Origin: Parazoarcus communis SWub3 = DSM 12120
GTDB lineage: Bacteria > Pseudomonadota > Gammaproteobacteria > Burkholderiales > Rhodocyclaceae
Direction of reading: 5' to 3'
NCBI RefSeq assembly: GCF_003226565.1
Contig: NZ_QKOE01000005.1
Coordinates: 46,846-110,845, forward strand
DNA length: 64,000 nucleotides
Shown: positions 19,441 to 28,600 of the stretch, in pieces
Layout: every line of letters begins with the position of its first letter
Position numbering within the stretch: position 1 is the stretch's first letter
Made by a program: the position numbers and the translations under genes
The notes under the pieces: model-generated
Told to the model about the DNA's origin: nothing
What the model saw: the letters and a program-made list of their open reading frames with translations, nothing else
Databases searched by the model: none

Positions 19441-19518
19441 GCGTTCCGGATGTCGCATGAACAGGAGGGCCGTCCATCCGGGCTGCCCTCCTGCCTGTCT
19501 GGCTCGCCGCTGTCAGCC

Positions 19519-20202
19519 TTATTTCGGCACGATACGGATCACCTTGCCCTTGAGCGATGGCGCGACCGGGGGCGGGGCAGCCAGTTGCCGGCGGCGTTCC
19601 AGCTCGCGCCACCAGGCGCGCAGGCCTAGCAGCACTGCAAGTACGGCGCTGTAGATCAAGGGCTGGAGAATGTCGGCCTTGACCAGCCACCAGTAGTGCA
19701 GCACACCGAACACCGCAATCGCATAGACCGAGCGATGCAGGGCCTGCCAGCGGCGTCCGCCCATGCGCTTGATGGCCGCCGCGTTCGAGGTGAGCGCCAG
19801 CGGCACCATCAGCATCAGGGCAGCAAAGCCGACGGTGATGTAGGGTCGCTTCAGGATGTCGTTGGCAATTGCCTGCCAGTCGAAGAAGTGGTCCAGCCAC
19901 AGGTAGATGCCGAAATGCGCCATGCCATAGGCAAAGGCAAACAGCCCCAGCATGCGACGCAGCCGGACCAGCCAGTGCAGGCCGGTGTATCGGCGCAGGG
20001 GTGTCACGGCCAGTGTGATCAGCAGCAGGCGCAGTGTCCATGCGCCAGTGGCGTGGGTGATGGTTTCCACAGGATTGGCACCCAGGCTGTCTGCCCGCCA
20101 ACCCAGTATCAGTTGCGCCGCAGGCAGCATGCACAGAAAGAAGACGAAGGCCTTGATTGCGCCGATCTGATCGGCGCTCGGGTGCTGCAGTGCTCGTGAC
20201 AT
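19519..20202 (-). CDS. msrQ: Protein-methionine-sulfoxide reductase heme-binding subunit MsrQ (YedZ)
   Basis: Six-TM b-type heme protein, 10 bp downstream of msrP. Confidence 0.8.
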   Translation of the reverse strand: MSRALQHPSADQIGAIKAFVFFLCMLPAAQLILGWRADSLGANPVETITHATGAWTLRLLLITLAVTPLRRYTGLHWLVRLRRMLGLFAFAYGMAHFGIYLWLDHFFDWQAIANDILKRPYITVGFAALMLMVPLALTSNAAAIKRMGGRRWQALHRSVYAIAVFGVLHYWWLVKADILQPLIYSAVLAVLLGLRAWWRELERRRQLAAPPPVAPSLKGKVIRIVPK

Positions 20203-20212
20203 CGTGACTCGT

Positions 20213-21157
20213 TCAGTAGTGTTTGCGCAGGTCCATGCCCTGGTACAGGCTGGCAACCTGCTCGGCGTAGCCATTGAACATCAGGGTTGGCCGCTTGCGC
20301 AGCTCGCCGATGCGGCGCTCACTGGCCTGGCTCCAGCGCGGATGGTCGACCTCGGGATTGACGTTGGAGTAAAAGCCGTATTCCTGCGGCGCTGATTGAT
20401 TCCATGCGGTTGCCGGTTGTTTCTCGTGCAGGCGAATCGCGACGATGGACTTTGCGCTCTTGAAGCCATACTTCCAGGGCACCACCAGCCGGACCGGGGC
20501 ACCATTCTGATTCGGCAGCACCTCGCCGTAAAGACCGACGGCCAGTATCGTCAGTGGATGCATGGCCTCATCCAGACGCAAACCCTCGGTGTAGGGCCAG
20601 TTCAGGATCTGGCGACGGGTCATGATGCTGGCGTCGTAGTGAGTGACGAACTCGACATATTTTGCGCTGCCCAGCGGATCAACCTGCTTGAGCAGTGCCG
20701 AGAGCGGAAATCCGACCCACGGGACCACCATCGACCAGGCCTCGACGCAGCGCAGGCGGTAGATGCGTTCTTCCAGCGGGGCAAGCTTGAGCAGGTCGTC
20801 GATGTCGAAGGTGCGCGGCTTGCCGGCCAGTCCTTCGACACGAACGGTCCACGGTCGCACGGCCATCTTGTCTGCATTGCGTGCAGGGTCTTCCTTGTCG
20901 GTGCCGAACTCGTAGAAGTTGTTGTAGGTCGTCACCGACTTGTAGGCTGTTTGTGATTCGGTCGTGCTGAAAGGGGAGGAGGCCAGCGGTGATAGCCTGG
21001 TCGCCGCAGCCCGGGCGTTGTCCGGTACACCATGCCACAGCGCTGCGCCGGCAATCAGGCTGGCGCCGGCCTGTTGCAGGAAGCGGCGGCGATCATCGAA
21101 AAGATCGCGCGGGGTGATTTCGGACGCGGGAATATCGGCTGGGCGCTTGATCAACAT
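20213..21157 (-). CDS. msrP: Protein-methionine-sulfoxide reductase catalytic subunit MsrP (YedY), molybdopterin enzyme
   Basis: Tat signal [17 protein letters not shown]. The whole length is homologous in sequence to YedY. Confidence 0.85.
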   Translation of the reverse strand: MLIKRPADIPASEITPRDLFDDRRRFLQQAGASLIAGAALWHGVPDNARAAATRLSPLASSPFSTTESQTAYKSVTTYNNFYEFGTDKEDPARNADKMAVRPWTVRVEGLAGKPRTFDIDDLLKLAPLEERIYRLRCVEAWSMVVPWVGFPLSALLKQVDPLGSAKYVEFVTHYDASIMTRRQILNWPYTEGLRLDEAMHPLTILAVGLYGEVLPNQNGAPVRLVVPWKYGFKSAKSIVAIRLHEKQPATAWNQSAPQEYGFYSNVNPEVDHPRWSQASERRIGELRKRPTLMFNGYAEQVASLYQGMDLRKHY

Positions 21158-21486
21158 GACAATTTTATCCTGGTGGAGCAGACGGGGTTGTTCAGGGTTG
21201 GAGTGGGGCGACCGTACTTGTACCGGATGGCGTCCTTTTGTTGGAGGCCATGACGCTTAGTCGGCGCTGAATGAAGAATCCTGACAAGGCAGATGCATTT
21301 TTTTCGCTTGTGACGCGCCCCGGCATCGTCGGGATGGTCCTGTGACCGATGATTCACTGATCGGTTCTTGACCATTTGGCGGGTGCCATCGCCTTCATCG
21401 TGGTGGAGCGTCATGCAAATACGGTGCTTTGCTGGCAGTTCGGCTAGAATCGAATGCTTTTCCACGTCCGAAGCCAGAGTTTTGCC

Positions 21487-22572
21487 ATGTCCGCCTCAGT
21501 GAAGATTCATATCGACGACGTCCGCATCTCGGAAATCAAGGAGCTGGTGCCGCCCGCCCACGTGCTGCGCGAGTTTCCCGCCACGCCGAAGGCCGCAGAA
21601 GTCGCTTTTGAGGCCCGGCAGGCAATCCACCGCATCCTGTATGGTGCGGACGACCGCTTGCTGGTGGTGATCGGGCCCTGTTCCATTCACGACCCGGTGG
21701 CTGCCATCGAGTATGCGCACAAGCTCAAGGCCGAGGCCGATCGACTGAAGAACGACCTGCTGGTGGTGATGCGGGTGTACTTCGAGAAGCCGCGCACCAC
21801 GGTAGGCTGGAAGGGGCTGATCAACGACCCCCATCTGGACGGCAGCTATGCCATCAACGAAGGGGTCCGTCTTGCCCGCAAGCTGCTGTGGGAGGTGAAC
21901 GAGATCGGGCTGCCGGCTGGCACCGAGTTCCTGGACATGATCACGCCTCAGTACATTGCCGATCTGATCGCCTGGGGGGCGATTGGCGCGCGTACCACCG
22001 AAAGCCAGGTGCACCGCGAGCTTGCTTCCGGTCTGTCGTGCCCGGTCGGGTTCAAGAACGGTACCGATGGCAATGTACGGATCGCGGTCGATGCGATCAA
22101 GGCCGCGCAGGCCCCGCACCATTTCCTGAGCGTGACCAAGGCGGGGCATTCGGCCATCGTCTCCACCCGTGGCAACGAGGATTGCCACGCCATCCTGCGG
22201 GGTGGCAAGGCGCCCAACTACGACGCCGCCAGTGTGGATGCCGCCTGCAAGGATCTGGCTGCAGGCGGCGTGCCGGCCAAGGTCATGGTCGACTTCTCCC
22301 ACGCCAACAGCCGCAAGCAGCATCGTCTGCAGATCGAAGTTGCAGCCGATGTCGCGGCACAGATGGCCGAGGGCGAGGAGCGCATCATCGGGGTGATGGT
22401 CGAGTCCCACCTCAAGGAAGGCCGCCAGGACTTGAAACCGGGCTGCACACTTGAGTACGGCATGAGCATCACCGATGCCTGCATTGGCTGGGAGGATAGT
22501 GTTGGTGTGCTCGACACCCTGGCAGAAGGCGTGCGCCAGCGTCGCATCAAGCGCGCGAGAGAGTTCGAATAA
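21487..22572 (+). CDS. aroG: 3-deoxy-7-phosphoheptulonate (DAHP) synthase, class I (AroG/AroF/AroH type)
   Basis: 361 aa. Full-length sequence match to class I DAHP synthases (e.g. VMRVYFEKPRTTVGWKGL, HLDGSYAINEG). Confidence 0.85.
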   Translation: MSASVKIHIDDVRISEIKELVPPAHVLREFPATPKAAEVAFEARQAIHRILYGADDRLLVVIGPCSIHDPVAAIEYAHKLKAEADRLKNDLLVVMRVYFEKPRTTVGWKGLINDPHLDGSYAINEGVRLARKLLWEVNEIGLPAGTEFLDMITPQYIADLIAWGAIGARTTESQVHRELASGLSCPVGFKNGTDGNVRIAVDAIKAAQAPHHFLSVTKAGHSAIVSTRGNEDCHAILRGGKAPNYDAASVDAACKDLAAGGVPAKVMVDFSHANSRKQHRLQIEVAADVAAQMAEGEERIIGVMVESHLKEGRQDLKPGCTLEYGMSITDACIGWEDSVGVLDTLAEGVRQRRIKRAREFE

Positions 22573-22692
22573 GGCCGTCGTTCCGATGCCGCCGTTCAGG
22601 TGGCACCCGGAGTCTGTACCCCCGGATCAGGCCCGCCAGCAAGTTGAAGCTTGCTGCGGGCCTGTGTTCATGAAGCCTGGATTGCTGAGTCG

Positions 22693-23772
22693 ATGAGCGC
22701 CCAGCGCAAGATCATCCATTGCGATTGCGACTGTTTTTACGCTGCGGTCGAGATGCGCGACGACCCGAGTCTGCGTGGCAGGCCAGTGGCGGTGGGTGGG
22801 CGTGCCGAGACCCGCGGCGTGATCGCCACCTGCAATTACGAGGCGCGTGCCTTTGGTGTGCATTCGGCAATGTCGACCGCGCGGGCGATGAAGCTGTGTC
22901 CGCAACTGGTGTTGCTGCCACCGGATTTCGAGCGGTATCGCGCGGCCTCGCGCCAGATCCTGGCCATCTACACCGACTACACACCGCTGGTCGAGCCTTT
23001 GTCGCTTGACGAGGCCTACCTCGACGTTACGGGGGTGGCGCGCTGCAAGGGGTCGGCCAGCCTGATGGCCGAGGAAATCCGTGCGCGCATTCACGCGGAA
23101 GTCGGTATCACCGCCTCGGCCGGTATCGCCCCCAACAAGTTCATCGCCAAGGTTGCCAGCGACTGGAACAAGCCCAACGGGCAGTTCGTCGTCAGGCCGC
23201 AGGATGTCGATGCCTTCGTGGCGGCCTTGCCGGTGAAGAAGCTGTTTGGTGTCGGCAAGGTGACCGCTGCGCGCCTGCAAAAGCTGGGTGCCAACACCTG
23301 TGGAGACCTGCGTTCATGGAGTCTGGCCGACCTGACCCGTGAGTTCGGCAGCTTTGGCGCCGCACTCCATCGGCTGTGCCGCGGCATCGATACGCGTGAG
23401 GTCAAGCCGGACCGCACACGCAAGTCCTTGTCGGTAGAGACGACCTACGTGACCGATCTTCCCGACCTTGCCGCCTGCCGGGCAGCCCTGCCGGCGTTGA
23501 TTGGCGAGTTCCGGCGGCGTTTCGAGCGTGCCCGTGAAGCGCGTCCGGTGCACAAGGCCGTCGTCAAGATCAAGTTTGCCGACTTTACCCAGACAACCGT
23601 CGAATGCGTGTCGAGTGCTCCCGACGAATTCGTCTGGCAGCAGTTGCTGGACGAAGGCCACGCCCGCCGCGGCAAACCGGTGCGGCTGCTGGGCGTGGGC
23701 GTGCGTTTTGCCGAAGCCGAGGCTGACGAGCCGGTGCAGATCGATCTGTTCGGGTCGGATCAGGCTCCGTAA
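22693..23772 (+). CDS. dinB: DNA polymerase IV (DinB)
   Basis: N-terminus IIHCDCDCFYAAVEMRDDPSLRGRPVAVGG. Y-family polymerase match over the full length. Confidence 0.9.
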   Translation: MSAQRKIIHCDCDCFYAAVEMRDDPSLRGRPVAVGGRAETRGVIATCNYEARAFGVHSAMSTARAMKLCPQLVLLPPDFERYRAASRQILAIYTDYTPLVEPLSLDEAYLDVTGVARCKGSASLMAEEIRARIHAEVGITASAGIAPNKFIAKVASDWNKPNGQFVVRPQDVDAFVAALPVKKLFGVGKVTAARLQKLGANTCGDLRSWSLADLTREFGSFGAALHRLCRGIDTREVKPDRTRKSLSVETTYVTDLPDLAACRAALPALIGEFRRRFERAREARPVHKAVVKIKFADFTQTTVECVSSAPDEFVWQQLLDEGHARRGKPVRLLGVGVRFAEAEADEPVQIDLFGSDQAP

Positions 23773-24852
23773 TCAGGCGACGGCCGTCCGCTGCTGCGCC
23801 AGCCCGCGACGGATCCAGGCAGCGGATTCGAGCGCGCCCTCCAGGTAGCCACCGCCATATACGGCAGTTTCAGTGCCGCCAAAATGCAGTCGTCCATTCC
23901 AGGCCGGGTCGCGCAGGACTTCGCTGCCGTAGTTCGAGTACGACAGCGAGGGGGTCAGATCCAGACGGCTACAGGTGTGCGGCTCTTTGGCCCAGTCATG
24001 ATAGTCGCGCTCGCCATTGGCAGCCTCGGCGCCGAATAGCTGCACCAGTTGGCTGGCGGCAATCATGTCCAGACCGTCGCGGAAGGCGTCGCGCTGCGCC
24101 GGGGTGAGGATCAGGAAGGCGCCCAGTGCAGCTTGCGAACTTTCGTTGGCGGCATCCCAGGTTTCGGCCAGCACCGATTGGGTGTGCTGGGTGGTGGCCG
24201 TGCCTGACAGCCCCTTGCCGCGCCAGAAGGCCTGCGGATGGCGTGAGATGAGCTTGGCCTGGCCCGCCATCCAGGTGGGGCAGTTGCGCATGGCCTGGCG
24301 GGTGGTGGCGGGCAACGTGGGGGTGAAGGCGATCTTTTCCTCGACCAGGCGTGGTGGCATGGCCAGCACGATCTGGCGTGCGGCAACGATGTGTTCGCCA
24401 TGGGGCTCGGCAAAGCGCAATTCGACATGCGTGCCACGATCGCGCACCTCGACCAGAGCATGCTCGAGGTGAAGCCGGGCACTGGGAAGGCGCGATGCGA
24501 GGGCGCCCACCAGCATGCGCATGCCGCCGTCGATGCGGCGGGCACCGCCATGGACATCGGCCTGCTCGAACGATGTCGGCTCACCACCGGCCTCTTGCTG
24601 CAGCAGGTGCTTGCCGTCCGACCACTGCGGCGAGCTCTTCAGGCCAAGGTCCTCCACCAGCCGGGTGATGCGTGGCTGCAATCCGGGCCAGTACCAGGTG
24701 GGGCCCAGATCATGACCGTCTTCAGTACAGTGGATGCGCCCGCCCAGCCGCTCACGAGCCTCGAAGAGTGCGAAGTCGCGCTTGGCGCCGTGCAGCAGAT
24801 TGGCCAGTGCCAGCCCGCACAGACCGCCGCCGATGATTGCCGTTTCAAGCAT
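23773..24852 (-). CDS. Flavin-containing amine oxidase / FAD-dependent oxidoreductase (NAD(P)-binding Rossmann)
   Basis: N-terminal IIGGGLCGLALANLL dinucleotide-binding motif. Sequence resembles amine oxidases. Its stop codon abuts the dinB stop with zero gap, in convergent orientation. Confidence 0.65.
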   Translation of the reverse strand: MLETAIIGGGLCGLALANLLHGAKRDFALFEARERLGGRIHCTEDGHDLGPTWYWPGLQPRITRLVEDLGLKSSPQWSDGKHLLQQEAGGEPTSFEQADVHGGARRIDGGMRMLVGALASRLPSARLHLEHALVEVRDRGTHVELRFAEPHGEHIVAARQIVLAMPPRLVEEKIAFTPTLPATTRQAMRNCPTWMAGQAKLISRHPQAFWRGKGLSGTATTQHTQSVLAETWDAANESSQAALGAFLILTPAQRDAFRDGLDMIAASQLVQLFGAEAANGERDYHDWAKEPHTCSRLDLTPSLSYSNYGSEVLRDPAWNGRLHFGGTETAVYGGGYLEGALESAAWIRRGLAQQRTAVA

Positions 24853-25032
24853 GGTGTGTCCCCTGGAAAGTCGTGCGCAAGATGGCAAGGGCATTGCAAG
24901 CTTTGGTCCACATGGGTTCTGCACCGGATGGGCAGGCTGGCCGTGGGGCTGGCAAGGCGATGACTGCCGCGGGGCTGTCGGATAGCCGGCAATGTGCTGC
25001 GGCTTGTGCGCTTTGCCGCAGGGGATGATTGC

Positions 25033-25656
25033 TCAGACGCGGGCGGTGGGGATGACTTGACGGAAGGTCAGATTCAGGCGTGCGCCGGAAACTGAGGGGG
25101 AGGTGGGGATGGCATGCTCCCAGTGCTGCTGAAACGGCGCGCGCATGAGTAGCAACAGGCCGGGTGGGAGTGGCAGGCGGCCGGCGTCGCCTGGCGTTCC
25201 GGGTTTCGGTCGCCAATGAAAAGACCGGGTGGCACCCAGGCTCAGAGAGGCGATGTGCGGCGCGGGGCCGAGGTCGTCCTCGTCGTCGGCGTGCCAGCTG
25301 ACATGGTCGTCGCCGTCACGATACAGGTTGGCGAGCACCGCATTGAAGGAGACTCCGCAGCATGCCTCCACGCTGGAACGCAGCGCCTGCAGCCGAGGCG
25401 TCCACGCGTGCGAATTGAGCAGTTGCTGCGCGTAGCGGTATTCCACCCCTGCATCAGCGAACCAGCACTGCAGCCGGGGCAGGGCAAAGCGCCGCCCCGC
25501 TGCGATGTAATGGCCTTCGGTCCATGGCGTTTCGGCAAGCAGGACATCGAACAGGGCCTGAGCTGCAGCGGGGTCGAGCACGCTTGCACAGGCCAGCAAG
25601 GGCTGCCCAGGCACGGGCTGCAGCGGGGGGCTCGCAGGAGGCCGGGTCGCGCTCAT
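25033..25656 (-). CDS. alkB: AlkB-family Fe(II)/2-oxoglutarate-dependent dioxygenase (nucleic-acid demethylase type)
   Basis: WHADDEDDLG and HAIPTS...RLNLTFRQV match the E. coli AlkB HxD...H triad and the NLTFRQ C-terminus. Its ATG overlaps the stop of the upstream 1741-aa gene (ATGA). Confidence 0.8.
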   Translation of the reverse strand: MSATRPPASPPLQPVPGQPLLACASVLDPAAAQALFDVLLAETPWTEGHYIAAGRRFALPRLQCWFADAGVEYRYAQQLLNSHAWTPRLQALRSSVEACCGVSFNAVLANLYRDGDDHVSWHADDEDDLGPAPHIASLSLGATRSFHWRPKPGTPGDAGRLPLPPGLLLLMRAPFQQHWEHAIPTSPSVSGARLNLTFRQVIPTARV

Positions 25657-28600
25657 CGGCTTGCCGGCTCCTTGCCCGGGAGGTGGCCTTCCATGCGCTG
25701 CAGCAGGTTGCCAATACGCTTCATGTCTTCCCACATGGCGTGATCCATGCGCATCTTGCGGTAAGTAGCGGTGACCAGCGGGGTCAGTACCTTGTCGTAG
25801 ACTTCCTGCATCTCGCGTAGCGCCGCAGTAAAGCCGCTGGTGTCAGGGGCGCCGACTTCGATGCGGGGCTGCAGCTTGTCCAGGCTGGCTGACATCGCGT
25901 CGAGGCCAGCGCGCACCGCAGCCCCACTGGGCAGGGTGGCGTTCAGGTTGTCGACCGCGCGGGCAATGTCCAGCAAGGTGGCTGCGATCCGTGTGCTGCC
26001 GTCGGCTTCGTCGCCACCCAGTTTGCGTCGGCGGATGAACTCTTCGCGGATGGCCTGCCAGCGTGCGGACTCGTCCTCGGTCTGGCTGCCCAGCAGGGCA
26101 GAGAGCTTCAGCAGGTTCTCTTCGGCACCGGTCGTCAGGGTCTGGGCCTCGCCCCGATAGTGGTCGCGCAGCAGGGCGTCGAGTTCGGCGTCGCGCATCG
26201 AGGCGTTGATACGTCCGGCCAGCTTGGTCATGTTGCGGTAGCTGCCCTGCAGTTTGAACGGCGGCTCGGTACGGTAGGCATCTTGCTGGGCGGCGGATTC
26301 GATGTAGGCCAGGTTGACCTTGAGCAGCAGGTCGCGGGCGCGGAACAAGCGTCGCAGCAGCGCGGTGAGTTCGTTGAGTTCCGCGCCGCTGTAGCCGTGA
26401 CTGAACGTGCTGGCGGCGACCTCTTCGCCTTCGGCCATGCGTACCAGCAGGTGCACATCCTTGGGGTCGCGCGATGCGAGCGGTTGCAGCACGGGATTGG
26501 CGGTGAGGCAGTTCTCGATGTAGGACAGGCCGAACAAGGCTTCCCGTCCTGACAGCACATCGCCCAGGTTGTAGATGTCGGCGCGGTTGGCGAGCATGTC
26601 CGGAATCTTGAAGACGTCGCCGGATTCAGTGTAGGGGTTGCCGGCCATGACGACAGCGAAACGTTTGCCGCGCAGGTCGCAGGTGACAGGTTCGCCATTG
26701 ACGACTGCTTCGATCCGTCGTGTGCCATCGGCCAGGGCGATGAACTTCTGCAGGAACTCGGGGTTGGTGTGCTGGATGTCGTCCAGGTAGAGCATGACAT
26801 TGTTGCCCATTGCCAAGCCGAGATTGAGCTTGAGCAATTCCTGCCGCGCTGCGCTGTGGCTGGCGCTGGCGGGGTCGAGTGCGGTGATGTCGTGACCGAG
26901 CGCCGGGCAGTTGATGCGGACGAAGATCATGCCCAGGCGGTCGGCAATGTACTCCATCAAGGTGGTCTTGCCGTAGCCTGGCGGTGAGATCAGCAGCAGC
27001 AGGCCCATGCGGTCGCTGCGGCTGCCTTCACCCGCGGTGCCGATCTGTTTCGACAGATTGTCGCCGACGATGGGCAGGTAGACCTCGTCGATCAGCCGGT
27101 TGCGGACGAAGGACGACAGTGGCTTGGCCTGGAACTGGTCGAGTTGCAGGCGCTTTTTCTCGTTGGCCACAATCTCGAGGCGCAGCGCCTGCAACTGCTC
27201 GAAGGCTGGCACGAACTGTTCGCGGTGCTGCAGGTAGCGCAGTCGCAGCTCGTTGAGGTTCAGTTGCAGGGCGCCATCGACGATGAGGGGATGTTCGCCC
27301 AGCAGACCGTCGACACGGCGGTCGAGGTCGGCGTTGACGCGCACGCGCTCGATATCGAGTGCGATGCGGGTGGCCGCATCGGCAATCCAGGCGGTGGCGG
27401 CAGTCTGCCCGTGGCAGAACGCGGAGACCCAGGCGCGTGCCAGCTGCCAGCGTTCTTCCGGCGGTGCGGCGGCCAGGTCGCGCTGCCAGTCGGCCAGCTC
27501 GCCCCGTTGTTCAAGCCGGCGGAGCAGGTCATCGGCCAGGTCGGCACCGGCGCCGGAGATGACCCAGGCTTCACCGCCACGTGGCACGGCCAACTGGCGA
27601 ACCAGATAGCGTGCCCCTTCGGTGGCGACCTGGCCCGCCGTGTCGCCTTTGGCGTGGAAGCCAAACTTTGGCGCAAAACGGCTCAGCGCTTCGGTCGTCT
27701 CGCGCTCGAGCTGTGCCAGGCTGTCAGCCGCGTCGAACAGCTCGACCATGCGTGTGGCCGCACGTGCCCGGCGCAGCAGCGATTCGCGTTCGCTGTCGAA
27801 GGCCTGGTGGGACCAGTGGAGCAGGGCGAGGGCGCGCGCCTCCGGGCCGTAGACCAGCAACCCGGCGTCGGCTTGCATGCTGGCCAGGGCTTGCAGCAGA
27901 CGGGCGGCATCCTGGTCGTGTACGCCTTTCTGGTAGCCCTCGTGATAGCGGTCGGCGGCGAAGCGCCTCAGGGCTTCGAGCAATTGGGGCAGGCCGTCCG
28001 GACCCTCGGCGCAGCAGGTCTGCAGCGCCTGCCAGCTCAGCGGACCACGATTGTGTTCGATTGCCTCGAGCACGCTGGCGGCGAGATATTCGCCGCGATA
28101 AAGCTGATCGCTCTCCGAGGGCAGGGGGCTGTCCCACCAGGGGCGCAAGGCGGCCAGGCGATCGTCGGCAACCGGGGCGTAGTAGTCGGTGCCGGTCAGG
28201 TGGAACCACATCTCGCCATTGCGCGGCAGCAGGGTCAGGTCGAGTACCTGACGGTTGACGGTGAAGGCATGGCGGCCGAAACGCAAGGTGTTGCCGTCTT
28301 CGGCCACCAGTTCGCGTCGGTCCCGTACTGCGCGGATGGCCTGGTCGTGCGCAGTGCGCAGCCGGGTATCCAGATCGTCGGCTGCCACTGCGGCGCCGAT
28401 TGCGCGTAGGTCGGCGATCTGTTTGCGCAGCTTGGTGATCAGCGCATCGGCGGCAAAGTAGCTATGGACCTGTTCGATTTCACGCAACTGGGCCACGCGG
28501 CGCGCGATGCCGTCGACAATACGGCCGGCGGCTTCGGTCAGCGCCTGGCTGCGCCGCTGACGGGCGTCGAGCAGGCTCTGACGTCGTGCCGACACGGCTT

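Noticed and set aside
19394-20134. 246-aa minus-strand ORF overlapping msrQ in another frame
   Set aside because: The alternative frame 19519..20202 encodes a clear 6-TM YedZ/MsrQ protein downstream of msrP. The competing frame is Ala/Arg/Pro-rich noise.
21290-21486. Possible sigma-70 promoter with -10 TAGAAT upstream of aroG
   Set aside because: No acceptable -35 hexamer at 16-18 bp spacing, so it is too weak to report as a feature.
27144-28409. Long plus-strand ORFs (421 aa, 225 aa and others) antisense to the 1741-aa gene
   Set aside because: They sit entirely inside a much longer, motif-rich coding frame on the other strand. They are Arg/Gly/Ala-rich with no recognisable domain, which is the typical high-GC antisense-ORF artefact.
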